DNA of 64,000 bases from Vitrella brassicaformis CCMP3155 (Eukaryota > Protista > Chromerida): NCBI GenBank assembly GCA_001179505.1, contig CDMY01000241.1, forward strand, positions 62,001 to 126,000. The letters run 5' to 3'. Made by a program: the position numbers and the translations under genes. Below the pieces are notes generated by a model, which was not told the DNA's origin, made no database searches, and was given only the letters and a program-made list of their open reading frames with translations. Below, piece after piece: positions 24,197 to 37,150 of this stretch; position 1 is the stretch's first letter, and every line of letters starts with the position of its first letter.

Positions 24197-25033
24197 TTGC
24201 CAGTCGTCTGCAAATGAAGACGGGGCACTTTTTGTGGTGCCCATTTTTTCCATTTTTCGGGACAGTAGCAGTGCGTATGTGACGCTGCTCGCAATCATGC
24301 AGCTCTTTTTGCGAGGGCAGGTGCCGTTCATTGGGTCTTCCCAAAGCCCTGTGTGTGTGTGCATGTCGGTCTGTCTTTTTCCTAGACGCAAGCCATATGG
24401 CTGGCTGCTGGCGCCTTGATGATTTTACTTTTCGCAATAGCTCGACGAGAATGTGTGTGTCCTTCATGAGAATGAAAGCCGCCTTTTTCCCAGCTAGATG
24501 CATCGGCTCGTGTGTGTGCGTGAGACGTTTCCGTTCAGACGAAGTAGGTAACTCACTATGCCCTCTCCCCTCTCTGTCTTCCGGTATACGCACACACACA
24601 CACACACACACACACAGACAGAGAGAGAGAGAGGGGGGAGACAATCGACCCACCACTCACCCACCCACGCAGCCACACACACACACCTGCATATGGTCTA
24701 TCGACAGCCACGTACAAAACATACCAACCATTATCCACACATACATCAACACAGACGGACAAACAAATATGCACAACCGCCACCGTCCAGCTACTCGTCA
24801 TCATCGTCGTCTGCAGTCACACAGACACATCGACCCACATCATCATGTGAGCATTAATTGTCTGTGTGTGGCTGTCGTGCAGACTGCCGCTTGCCTGCCC
24901 CCCCTCCGGCTATATCCTCATACGTCAGCTGGTACCGCCCGCACAGCACGCGGCTCGCCCCTGTCAGCTCCCTTCACACACACAGCACAAAGGGCACCAT
25001 ATTGGATTGGACACACCCACGGCTGCAGTCACT

Positions 25034-25759
25034 TCACTGGCTGCTGGCGTACTCGACATCGCCGCCCTCGCGGAAATCGCACAGCTCGCCGTCGAGGAAG
25101 CCGTGCAGCTGCTCCATGAAATCGCGACGGGTGATGCCCCTCAGCTGCCACACACACCAAAGGATATGATGCACACGTCTGCTTGCTTGTGTATGGCTCC
25201 TACCGGGTCAGAAGCCCTTATGGGCAGCGAGTAGTAGCCAGTGGCGTCCTCGGTGCTCTCCGTGTTGACGCACCTCTCAAACAGCGTATCCACTGCATGC
25301 ACACAGCAACCATCGTGACGTCTGCCCCTCTGCCTGCCTTGGTATCTATCATCTCATCTCATCTCATCTCATCACACGCACTCAGTTCCTCCGGGCAGTC
25401 GAGCGCGTTGCACACTATCATGCTCGGATAAGGGTAAACCACCTGCAGGCACCAAGAACGAACCAGTGAACAAACGCACCGTCATCCAGGCCTGTGTGCG
25501 TCTTGCGGTACAGTACCTTGTTCATGAGTCTGTTGAACTCCCTCCTCTCCTCCCTGCTATCGTTCTCGTACATGTCTTGCTGCATGTCCGGCCGCCAGAT
25601 GTCGCCGAGATCAAACCCCTCAGGCTCGAAGGGCCTCGTGCCCTGCCTCTCAGCCGCTTTGACCTCCCGGAACACATCCTGAAGCAATCTTTCGTGCCCC
25701 GCCGTCGATGCACCCATCTGCCGAGGCACCTCACGCCCGCCTGCTGCCGACGAAGTCAT
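25034..25759 (-). CDS. Hypothetical protein, about 4 exons
   Basis: Coding-like segments MTSSAAGG...FNRLMNK, VVYPYPSMIVCNALDCPEE, VDTLFERCVN...IRASDP and LRGITRRDFMEQLHGFLDGELCDF... separated by GT-AG introns. Confidence 0.6.
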
Positions 25760-25845
25760 AAGCCCGGCGCCCTTACGGGGTGCTGCAGACGTCTACCAAA
25801 GCTGGGATCTCCTTCGAATGGTTACGATCGCTAAATGCGAGCTTA

Positions 25846-27034
25846 ATGGCATCTCCAGGTGGTGCGGTTTTCGATAGTTTGGCGTGTTTGAGGAGCCGTC
25901 ACATGCTGCTCTCGTGCCGCAGGAAGAACGGCGAGTACGCCCTCGTGTCCAATTGCAAAGTTTGCGAGGCCAACACCATCACGGTGAGAGCGGACCACAC
26001 ACACCAATGCACAGCAGGCAAAAACACCGTGCATGACGTTTCTTCTCCCCCTGTTGAATGCATTCATCCATCCATCGGCAGAAATGTTCGGCGTGTCGCT
26101 TCATCTTCTACTGCAGCAAGGTCAGCGGGGGGTGACGGGCAAGGCAAAAGGGGTGCTGGGCTTATGCGTCGACTCCCTGCTGTGTGTGCTGTGTGTGTTG
26201 TGTGTGTTGTGTGTGCAGGCGTGCGAGCGGTCGGATTGGCAGGACCACAAGGCCAAGTGCCGTAGGGCGTGCGAGGCCATGGCCGCGGCCAAGGCGGACA
26301 ACCCCTTCCTGGACGAGATCCTCGGGGCTGCCGAGAAGAAGCTGGTCAGCGAGATCCGCTTCAGCTCCCGAGTCACCGGCCGCACACACCGGATATACTT
26401 GCCCGAGAAGTGGCTGGTGGTAGAGGTAACTCGTGGATGTGTGTGCGATGCTGAGAGTCTGCCTGCATCGGGGTTGGTCTTTTTTTCAGGGGAGCAACCC
26501 GGGCCTTCCGGTGGTCAGGGCGATGCCGGGGCCGCTGGAGGAGCCGATGCGCGAGTACGAGAGGGACACCATCAAGCCCTGGATCAGGGGCACCGAGGAC
26601 CATTACAGGGGCAGGAGGCCGCGGGGCGACGAGCACGTGGACGACGGCACCATGTCCGCAGATACTGCCAGGTCAGTAAGCAGTAGCACACACACAACAC
26701 GCCTCCAGACAGGCAGACAGGCAGGCAGACAGACATAGTGTGTATTTCTCTCTCTCTCTCTCTCTCTGTCTGTGTGTGTGTGTGTGTGCAGGACGCACTT
26801 CTCCTGGCCCTCGGTGGCCATCCCGGGTTCACCATCCGTCGCGGGGTGAGCCCATCGGATGTGCGGGCGGGCCTCACGTGTACCGTCAAGAAGGACGAGG
26901 TGTGCATGGCGATAGCCCACACGGACGAGTGGTGTGCGTGCCGCACCCCAGACTGGCTCACCGGTGCGCGGCAGCAGCTAGAGAGGGATGGGGGCATAGA
27001 GGGCACCCTTCGCGTCTTTCGCTGGGAGCAGTGA
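25846..27034 (+). CDS. MYND zinc-finger protein
   Basis: Spliced CKVC...KCSACRFIFYCSK|ACERSDWQDHKAKC matches the MYND ligand pattern. Confidence 0.8.
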
Positions 27035-27614
27035 TTGAGTAGGATCGACGATCGACTGATTGTACAGTGCACCTTAGCAACGGCGGGTGTGTGGTGAGTG
27101 AGGCAGAATGAATGCGTGTGTGTGTGTGTGTGCATAGTCGAGCGAGTATGTGTGTGGGGGGCATATGTGTGTCGGGTCTGAATGGACCCATCTACGTGCT
27201 CGTGGCCATTCATCGATTCATTCGCTGTGTCCCCTTCCGACGTACGTCCGGACAAAAACCCTTCGCTGGACGTGTCACGACAAAACCTGCCTCACACTCC
27301 CACCAATCACACACGACACAGATTACGTACGTACATTCTTCCTGTGAGCATGCAACAAACACATGGACATGACCTCGTGGCTGCGTGGGGCCCTCCCTCT
27401 CAGCCACCAGCCACCCATCGACCTGACCTAGCCGCAGCCGCGGACACACCCACCACACCCACCTAAGCACCCCTACGGAAAAAATGCCTACCTGACGCGT
27501 CGACACGACAATTCCGGACCGTCCTAAATGCGCACGTGCTTTCACAGCTCCCACCCGCTTCGGCCGCTCAGCGCCTGCCGATCGATGACGAATTAGTCCT
27601 GTTGCTCATTTTGC

Positions 27615-29855
27615 TCACGAGCAGTGTCTGAGTGAATGGACACACACGGCATCCACCGAATGGTCCGTTCTCCCTTTCGTGTCTGAATACGCACCTTTGT
27701 ATGCCTGGAAATACGCCAAGGCGTATTCAGTGGCCATGTCGTCCAGGGCCGTCTTGTTGCGGCCCACCAGCTCGAAGACAGTAGGAATCAGATACTGATG
27801 ACGGTCGACCTGCAGACGGACAAACATGGATGTCCACACACACCATGCCGATAAGTGGCTCATTCGGCCGACGTGTGTATCCAGTCTCTTCTGGCGGGGA
27901 TGTTGACACGATTGGGGCTGAACCACAGATACATCAGGTCATGCAGCACTTGCTGCGCGCACACATGGGCGCACACAAATGGGGATACACAAACACGCAT
28001 ATGCTCATCTGGTGGGCGGATCGCTGAAGATCATTCTGGTCTTGCTCTTGAGCGTACAAAGAGGATGGGTGTAGGCAGGTCGTCGAGGTCCTCCTTCTTG
28101 ATGTTTTCCATCCCAAATGCGACTGACAGTATGTCCCAGTGCTTCCGCAGCACCGCTTCCGTGAAAGCCTCCCGCAGCCACTGAATCTGCGGCAGCACCT
28201 CTCTCTCGGGCCCGTCGAGGGGCGCTGTCTCGTTGTAGCTCACAGACGCCAGGCCGGCCTTCATAAGGCCCTCTGAGAAACACACCTCTGTCTCGTCAGC
28301 GGACCATTCTCTCTCCAGACGGGGAATATCAACCTGCACGTTCAGAGAGGTGTCAATGGATGGGTGGGTGTGGATGCTCATGTCTTGCGATTGTGGCGAA
28401 TCCGTCCTTCTGGTGGTCGGCGTACACCTCGGCCAGCATGAGGAGCTTGTAAGCGAACACAGATAGAGACGCCGGCAAATCAGCCTCCTCTTCATCTGAA
28501 AGACAGACAGGCATGCACTCACTCATGGATGACACACGCAGATGAGTGCACATGCACGAACGTACCAGGGTCTGATGACCCTAAGCCAGCGTCGCTCATG
28601 CCCAGAACCTTGCCCGTACTGCGATCGACGGTGGGGCCGCCAGAGAAGCCCAGAGGGATGACAGCATCGTGCGACAGCATCAGACCATTCTCGATGTAGC
28701 TGGCTTCATCTGATGTGAGGACGATTTGCGATCGCTCTGTCTGTGCATCCCTCCCTCCGTCCCCTCGCTCCTCACCTTTCAGCGTGCCGTAGTTGGTTGC
28801 AGGTCCGTCGTAAGGGCTGTAGTTAAGCTTGTCCTCACCCACCTCGACATCAGCTGGGTACAAGGAGCCGCTGTTGGCCAGGTAGCCCATCGTCATGACT
28901 GGTGTGCCACCCGTGCCCTCGTTCGTGATGTTTCCCGCCACAAATGCCTCGGGAACAACGCCACCCAGCTTGTCGCTGACATACTGCTTATAGCGCTGCA
29001 TGGAGGAGGGAAGGCAATGCAGGCACACACATCCACATGGACAGGGGGAAGGCCCATGCTTACGTGCTTACGTCGAGTGTGTATGGCGGGTGGAGCTTCA
29101 CAAAGGCCACATCCCACCTGGGGCACTTCATGACCACCCGACCCAGCAGCTGTGTCCATCAAGTCACCAGAGAAGCAGCAGTAAGGTGTGCGTATGCCAT
29201 AACCCCTCTCTTTTTCTCTCTCTCTTTCAGTCCACTTACCGTGCTGTTGGTGATTGTCGACTGGAGGATCACATAGTCTGACAACCGCACAAATGCAGCC
29301 AGCTGACATCAGCAGCCGCCCTTCATCCCTGTCACCATGGCTGACCTGCATCGATCACCTTGTCGCTTCGCGTGACGAACAGCGGCTCACGAGGCCCGTC
29401 CAGCAGGAAGGTGGAGGCAAGGACATAGGCTGCATACACACACCAACCCAGGCCAAGAGGACAGCATGTATCCACCCATCGTCACTATCATTCGTGTGCT
29501 CACCTGCAGGGTCGCCGAGCAGCCCGTTCGGTGACTCAAATCGGTGGGCGGGGATCAGCCGGAAGATGGACGCCTGCAGGGGCAGCGGCACGTCATCCAG
29601 ACCCCTCTCGTACTTGTCGTAGAGGGACTCCAATCTCGGCCCTTTGACTACCGAGAAAGGGTAGCTGACCGAATCAAGCACATCCCCGGCGCTGCTCGTC
29701 GCCCGTCGCTCGACTGAGGATGGCCTCGGAGTCGGGCGATGAGTCGGGCGCTCCTCTTTGGGGCACTGCGAAGCCAGAGGAGCGCCAGACTGCCATGCTG
29801 ACGCCAAGCAAACACATGCGATGAGAGCAAGGCCGAGTCGGACGATGGACCACAT
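27615..29855 (-). CDS. Secreted trypsin-like (Trypsin_2-type) peptidase-domain protein, catalytic His apparently missing; 3' end approximate
   Basis: Signal peptide MWSIVRLGLALIACVCLASA. Motifs RVVMKCPRWDVAFVKL (Asp) and GFSGGP (Ser). A long C-terminal extension follows. Confidence 0.65.
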
Positions 29856-30616
29856 GGTTGGGAAGGGGATAAGGTGGATCTGCCAGGGGAAGATGAAATG
29901 CAATTCTCTGAGGGTTTTCGGGTCTAGGGTTTGGGTTCATAAGGGGTCGAGGCGAGATCTTCAAATAAGGGGGCCCCTCGCACAATCAATCAGACAGACA
30001 GCCAGTCAGGCGCCGGCAGGCAAGTGTGGCACGGCAGCACGCGTCAATGTGTGTGTCACGGCATGTGTGTATGTGTGACGGCGTGTGTGTGTCTGCGGTG
30101 TCCTCTCTTCTCGCATGCACGCGTCTATCTGCTGCCTTCCTGCCGGCCATGCCACGCGTCTTTCTGCTGCCATCCACTCCACTCCATGGACACACACACA
30201 CACATTAACAGACGGACGGGCAGGCAGACAGCGAAGCAGGCTCTGTACATCAATCAGCCACTCCCCTCGCCCTGCCCCTCCCTCCGGCCAGCAATGGCTA
30301 TGTGCTGGCAGCCGAATTGCACACAGGCATCATCCACTCATTATGACATGGCAGCGGACACTCGCACTCATCAACATGCACTCATCAACGTACGCTACCC
30401 GTCCAGTCCATGGCCAGCCAGTCAGCCATTCTACTCACAGCCAGTCTCTCTGTATGTGTGCCCTCCTTCTGCAATGCTGCCGGCAGCAGGCCGACAGGAG
30501 CTAACCCATGCGCCAACCTGACACCACACACACACACACACACACGCATTGACTGACAGAGGTGAGGCCTGTGTGCATCATCTCGCCCGCTTACCGGTTG
30601 GTGTGGCATGTGGTAT

Positions 30617-33390
30617 CTACGAGCGCCTTTCCACGATGACGCGTTTGTCCTGTATGCGCATGACGTATGGGGCGTCGCCGAACGCCCGGGCTGCGGCACA
30701 GAAGACGCTGACCGCCGAACCGGACAAGGCAGGCCCGTCCGTGAAGCTCGAAGTGGCGGCCTCGGACACGGCGGGGTTGCCGATGATGGCAACCAGCACA
30801 CCCACGAGCCATCCGTCGAAGTCGTCTTGCCACACACTATCAGGCACTGTCAAGTCTAGAGCCAGCAAATCACACGGGGCAGACAGACAGGCAGGCAGAT
30901 GCTACATGGCCGGCTTCCTCACTCTTGCCTCTCCCTTGTGTGCGTGTGCGTCCATGCGTGTGTCCGTCCGTGGTGGGGGCGGGGGACATACCGCCACTTA
31001 CCGGCGGGATCGATGGTCACTTCCTGGATGGCCGGCAAGTCGTGGTTCGCCCACTTCTGCAGACCGTCGATACCGTACTCGACGATGTCAAGCGCCGATA
31101 TGTCCATCGTCACTGTTAGCTTCTCGGATACCCCCTCGTCACCACCGCCCCCCTGGCCGCTGCCCAGCTGGCCCTTCAGCGCCTCGAGGAAGTACACGGC
31201 ATCATCAGGCCCCCGAAGACGGATGTGGCGGCATTTGGGCATCTGCTTGGCGACGGCCTTGGCGAGGCTGTCGAGCGTCTCCTGGGTGAAGGGGCCGGCG
31301 GCACATCTGAATGTGTGGGCGCGGGGGAAGATGGGGAAGGTGGTCGGGTCTGCGATTGAAATGGCGGGCGTCGCATCTCCACTGTACGTGACCTCGTCTG
31401 CTATGGCGGCAAACCCACGAACAACCCTCTGCACCTGATGCCATAGTACACACATAGACCACGCTTGCCCCACGGATGTCATGTGCGTGCAGGAGTGCCG
31501 TCATAGTGCGTGTAGCTAGGCTGACACACCTGACGTGACTTGTCCGCCATCCATGTGATCAGCTCTTATGTCCATCTTCGAGCGCCTCTGGGGCTCGTCA
31601 TCCAAAGGGTACGAGGCCTTAATGACGGTGAGCTGGTCGAGGGCCTGTGGCTGCATCACCGCCTCCGCCAGCCGCCCCACCTCACGCACCAGCTCCTTGT
31701 CCGATGCGTCGTCGGTCTGAATGTGCAGCTCGCGAAGGTGGTGGCTGCAGCCCCGACTAAAGAGGGTCTCACGCAGCTCGGCCACATACGTGGAGGACTG
31801 CCACCGCAAATCGATGGGACCGATGGACTGGAGGCGGGAGAGGGACTTGCCGTCCTTGGGCGCCATGGACAACAGGCCTTGCTTGACGCTCAAGAGAGTG
31901 GTGTTCACATCGAAGTTCTCCAGGTGCTCGCACGCCTCCATCCAGCGGCGAAGACTGCCCTCCATGTCCTCTAGGTCATAACCCAGCTCCCGCTTGAATG
32001 TCAGCACTCGCAGACGCGGCGTGTGCCACACCCCCCTGCCGGTGCGGACGGCCGCGTACTTGTAGGGCATCCTGTGCACCTCCTCCAGCTGCGACAGGTC
32101 GACGGGGGAGGGGAACGGGGGCAGCGGGTCCGCCGATGTGTCGTGGCGAAATCTGCTGTCGTGGTCGTCGTCGAAGCTGAGGACCTTGATGGACGAAGCG
32201 GGCTCTGTCACATGGTGTGCTGGCGGTGCTGTCCCCTCCTCTCCCCTCCTCTCCCCTCTCGTGCTGCACCTCCTCCTGCTCTTCGCTGATGGCCTTGCGG
32301 GCCGCCGCATTGCCCTCGATGATCGACACCCAAGTGCCGCGGCACCAGCAGCTTTCGTCGTAGGTGTAGCGGCGAGGGATGGTGAGGCGCAGGTGCGTCA
32401 GATGGATCGCGCGCTGCCCCCACTTGTAGGCTGTCTCGAGCGGCATCCTCTCCCACAGCTGGCGCACGCCGCCCTCGGCCGACCCGTCGATGTGCAGGTG
32501 CGTGTAATTGGCGGCCGCCTGGGTGAAGAGGGCCTTGCCGAGGAAGGGGAGACGACGCGTCAGCTCCCAGGGGTGATCGAAGCCGAACACACTGGCGAGC
32601 TCGTCAGCAGAGAGACGGAGTCGGGCCTGCGGATTAGACACAGACAGACACATCGACACAGACAGAAACGATTTGGTGTGCAGAGGTGGCGGGTCGTTGG
32701 CTTTGTGTTCTCACCAGCGGCTGGTCGGGCGGCGGTAGTCCCGATCTATGCTTGATTCGATACGATGGCTGCGGTGAGGCAGCGGCACTCAAATCGGAAT
32801 CAGCTGCGGCCGCCTGAGTGAAACCGAAAGACAACACCGAAGACAAAGAACGGTCTTCACCGCTCTCTCTTCAACTCATTGTTAATGTGCTTGTCTACCT
32901 CAGCGATGGGTTCTTCTGGCGATGCGTCGTCAACATCCGTCTCATCAGCACTCTCACCATCACCACCACCCGCAGCAGCAGCAGCGGGTGAGGCGGCGTC
33001 GTTCGTAAGCTGTGGGCCATCTGATGCGGCCGGTGCTCTGGTGGTGAGGGCTCCGACCATCTCACGCAAACTGGATTCGGCAGCAGAGGCGTGGACGGAC
33101 GCAGCTGTGAGGGAGCGCAGGGCATCACCAGAAGCACCGCCGTCGCGCCGACTCGCACCACAACTCATCTGCAGCAACAAAGCAGGCGCAGAGTGAAGGC
33201 AAGAGAGAGTGTGTGTGTGCGTATCTGTATATGTGTTTGATGCGGTGCGTCCCGATTACACGTGCTCACCTCGATGTCCATCTGTAGTTGCCGGATATCC
33301 TCTTCCAGCGCGGCCGCCCGGGAACGCAACTGCACGAATGAGGGGACCACACACATCCACAGCAAGCAGGTGCGTGTGGCTGTCCGAAGG
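30617..33390 (-). pseudogene. Paralog 2 of the F-box-like family, two frameshifts; start approximate
   Basis: Homologous to paralogs 1 and 3. A 10-bp tandem duplication lies at about 32233-32256. An extra A at about 31567 (ATA AGA GCT versus the homologous MDIELITWMADKSRQ frame) shifts the frame again. Confidence 0.75.
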
Positions 33391-33539
33391 CGTCATGCAC
33401 CGGTTGCAGTATCGATGACCTCCGGATATATGGCGGCGGCACGAGTAAATGGAATGGAGCGATGAGTCAGTCGGGCTGGTGGATAGCCACAAGCAATTCC
33501 ATCACTCTCAGCCACACTGAACCAAGGCACACGCCCGCT

Positions 33540-33720
33540 CAGCAGGGTTTCGAGTCAAGGGTTTCGCTTTGTTGTAAACGAAGCAAAGAGCCTCGTGTCT
33601 CACCATCGCTTGTGGCTTTGTGGTGGTCAGGCCAGGCGATGGTTCGTTGAGAGGAGGTGTAGCGCATCCCTGTTGGCCAGCAGATGGAGCGCGGCGGCGT
33701 GCCAGGCGGCCGCATGCGGT
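33540..33720. repeat. Block upstream of paralog 2, duplicated at 63800-64000
   Basis: Shared AGCAGGGTTTCG...GGTTCGTTGAGAGGAGGTGTAGCGCATCCCTG...GCGCGGCGGCGTGC. Confidence 0.85.
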
Positions 33721-34100
33721 TCCGAGATGACTCGTCGGGTGTCCCGAGCTCTTTGAGCGCCCGGAAGCGACAGACAGATACATGTAAAGACAGGCATCGG
33801 CCGACCGGCCCTGGGAGCAAGCCGGTGACCGGCCGCGTGAAGCGGATCCGCCTGTATGTGAACTGGTGTATGAGTAAAGTGGCTCCGCACAACACATATC
33901 ATGTGTGTAAGGTTGCTTCGATATCAGCACACACACAGGGCCGTCCGCCTTCGTCCACATCCCTAATCACTACCACGCAATGCGCTCGGCACCACGCAGT
34001 GCATGGCACGCAACGAACGAACAGAGGAGTCAGTCCATCGATCGTCATATTCACATATCTACAGGGATACTATAGGATATTAGAAAATGGTGGTGTCACC

Positions 34101-37100
34101 TCACCTGGCCACCAGCTGCATTTCAATCTCGTAGCTACCAGAGGGAAGGTTTAGCCAGAAGCTGTCGCCGTGGCCATCTACCTCCCCACACCTCCCCTCC
34201 GTCAGCACGTAGCCTTCCTTCACTCTCTCATAGCACTCCCACGCAAACGACCTCGGTTCGCTCGATCTGGCTTCGTCATCCTCGTCCTCCGACTCATCGT
34301 CCGGAGGCAAGGACGCGCACAGATCGAACTTGGCCGGTCGCAGCATCTGCACAAACTTCAAAAAGACCCTCACGGCCGCCTTGCTGCGTAGGCGGGGGCA
34401 GGCCAGGTGCTCTATCCTAGGTAAGCGCAGGCCCCACGCAGAAGGCATGCTGTATGGCCACCTGTCGGGCCACTCCCAACTGTATATATGAGCGCCAGGG
34501 GGGTGGGCAAAATCGACCTTGTCTAGCTGCTTGAGAGAGAGGTAGGAGATGAGCTCACAGCCTACGGCTAAGCTAGGCAGAAAGCGAAAAAAGACTCCCT
34601 TGAGTCTCGTCAAGCCCCCGACGAGGGCTCAGCTTGGATGGGGCAGAGGGCAGACCAGAGAGAGAGAAGTGGGCAGTCACCTCCACACTCAGTTGCTCGA
34701 CATGCGGGAAGGATCGGCTGGGCGCCGTCTGCCCCCCTCCCTCCCTCTCGGTCATCCACTCGGGGATGCTGTCCACCAGCCTCGTGGCAGTCACGCTGCT
34801 GTCGGCTTTGATGACGAGGGTCTTGGCCTTGGGGAAGACGAGCTTGTCACGCCACGAAGGGTGGAGCGCCATGCCACCGAGCTCTAACTCAACCTGAGGC
34901 ACACGCAGACAAAAAAGATGCTTCTCTGTCAGCTCCTCTCTCCCTCCCTCCCTCCGCTGTCTGCCCATTCCTACCTCTGTCGCCTCTGCTGGCAGCTGTG
35001 TGACGATCTCGCTGTAGGGACCGCCGGGAGCTGGCAGGGCGTTGGCACCTTCCCAGCTGCAGTTGATCGATAGCTCGCCGCGGTTAGGCCGCCACTCGAC
35101 CTGGCAGTTCACCTCTGCCGCCCACTTGTTGATCCCCTCTGCGCCGGCCGCGGCCGCCCCCTGCCCGAAGCTCACGTCGATCGACGCAAACTTCAAAACG
35201 AGGCCCAGCTTCTTGCCCACGTCTGCACACACAGAAGAGCAGAGAAGCAAATCAAAACACGTGATGGTCGTATACGGCTTGATCAAGTCACCCTTGCTCT
35301 CTGGTTTGGCCCAGTGTTGATTGAGCGTCTCTTTGAGCTGACTGACGCGGTCGATCTCGTCGGGCTCGAAGGCAATGCCGGTGATGGTGGTGATGTGGGG
35401 GCAGCCCGACAAGGCGGTGTTGAAGCTGGCCCACGCGCCGGTGATGAACTCGATGTGGCTGGCCTCTAGCCGCTCGATCTTGGGCGACCTCTCAACGAGG
35501 CGAGCGAGGGGCTCCGCGTCCTCAGAGCTACTCACGCTGTCGGCTCGGAGGCTCCTGAGGGCGGGGAAGGCCCAGCGACGTTCACTGCAGACAGGGAAGC
35601 ACAGGGATGCGGCAAGTGCGTCGTCGTTGCTCATTTGCTTGTATACACACCTGACGTGTTCAACGGATGCATGGTCTTGGATATCCATGTCCGTCAGTCG
35701 TGGGAAGGGGATCGGATCCCCTGGGGAGCGCTGGGTTGGAATGTGCCTGTCACATGACCAGTTCTCCCACACCCGCAGCTCCTTGAGTGTCGCTCTCGAC
35801 TCCTCAAGGAACTCAGATACACACGGCAGAATGTCAAATGGGGGCACGTCAGCCGTCTGGATCTTGCTCTGCACACACACACACATGAGTGTACACAGAT
35901 GGCCATCAAACCGACCATCTCCCGCAGCACCTTGGCTCCCATCTCACCAGGTGACGTAAGTCATCGAGCTTCTGTATCCTCTTGTAACTGTTGATCTCGT
36001 CCGCCGTTATAGTGAACCGCCGGAACACGCCGAAGGTCTCGTCGGTGGCCTTCTGTCTGGTCTCCCTGTTGACTTTGGCCATCCGGGAACAGGTGTAGGT
36101 GGTGAGGAACGACCCCAGATGGTCACCCATGACGCCTCAGGCAGACCCGGCAGACACGGACGGCCATAACCCTGACACAAGGGACACAAAAAGATGATGA
36201 GGCACCTACGGCAGCAGACAGAAATGGTGATGTGGGCCACCTGTGAGCTGCCTCTTTGCTGCTGTGTCCCTCCCGCAGCGCCGCCAACACTAATCGATCC
36301 ACCTGAAGGCACCACACACCACAAGGCAGCACAGCCGTCGTCACGATGTGTGTCAGTCCATCGATGGGCGGCCGGGGTTGTGTGCACCTTCACTACTTGA
36401 AGCAACAGCTGCAGCAGCCGGGCTGGTGTCAACACGCGAGCGCTTCCCGTCACCAGTTGACACCTGAGCACATGAGCCGGTCCGCCTGTGGATGCACTGA
36501 CGTGTGTGTCTTTCCACTGACCGCTTTGCTGTGCTGTGCCGCCTTGTCGGTCTCATTTGAACTCTCAGACAGGCCGGGGGGACGGTCGTTGACATTGTAC
36601 AGCCACCGGAAGCCCTTGCCGTTGCTATCCTTGCGCTGACATCCACGCAAATGCACAGACACAAGGACGTGATTGCTTTGTTTGCGCCGTCTATTGGTCG
36701 CGCGCCTCTCTGCTGGTCACTCCATCCTTACATGTGTTACTTGTTCGCTGGGGATTTGCGTCAGCTCGGTACTGAGTGTGGCGTTGGCGTCGGTGAGGGT
36801 CTTGAGCACATCGGACAATCGGCCTGCCAGCGATGCACAGGCCTGCAAACAGACATACGGACACAGACGGACACAAATCGGTGCTGCTCGACGGTTGCTG
36901 AACGTGTTCGTGCTGACCTCTTTGTTTTTGTCGGTCTGTGGTATCCTCAGCTTCGCCGCCTCACTACTCGCGGCCATCTGACAGCTCACCTGCACAAGGC
37001 AGCAGAGCCACCAGCAGCTGCGGCATGTGCCAGCAAGCTCTCTCCTTTGCCCTTTTCGTTCACCGCATAGATTTGGTCGATGACATCGCGCAGACTGCCA

Positions 37101-37150
37101 TCGCCACTCGCCCCGCCACCACGCCCCTCTGCAGCACATCATCAGACACA
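34101..37150 (-). pseudogene. Lineage-specific F-box-like/solenoid protein gene with two apparent -1 frameshifts; ends approximate
   Basis: F-box-like LPGLPEASWVTI/GSFLTTYTCSRMAKVNR is split across frames at about 36117. SKLSP/(L)VGGLTRLKGVFF is split across frames at 34625-34627. Long coding-like exons lie between. Confidence 0.55.

Noticed and set aside
24858-25234. Plus-strand coding-like stretch TAAVTSLAAGVLDIAALAEIAQL
   Set aside because: It is the antisense of the last exon of the minus-strand gene ending at 25034, which has proper splice sites.
16771-36121. Programmed ribosomal frameshifting as a common explanation for the frame breaks
   Set aside because: No shared slippery heptamer or downstream structure. 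Lesion sizes vary (1, 2, 4, 10 and 53 nt), and conserved genes lack them.
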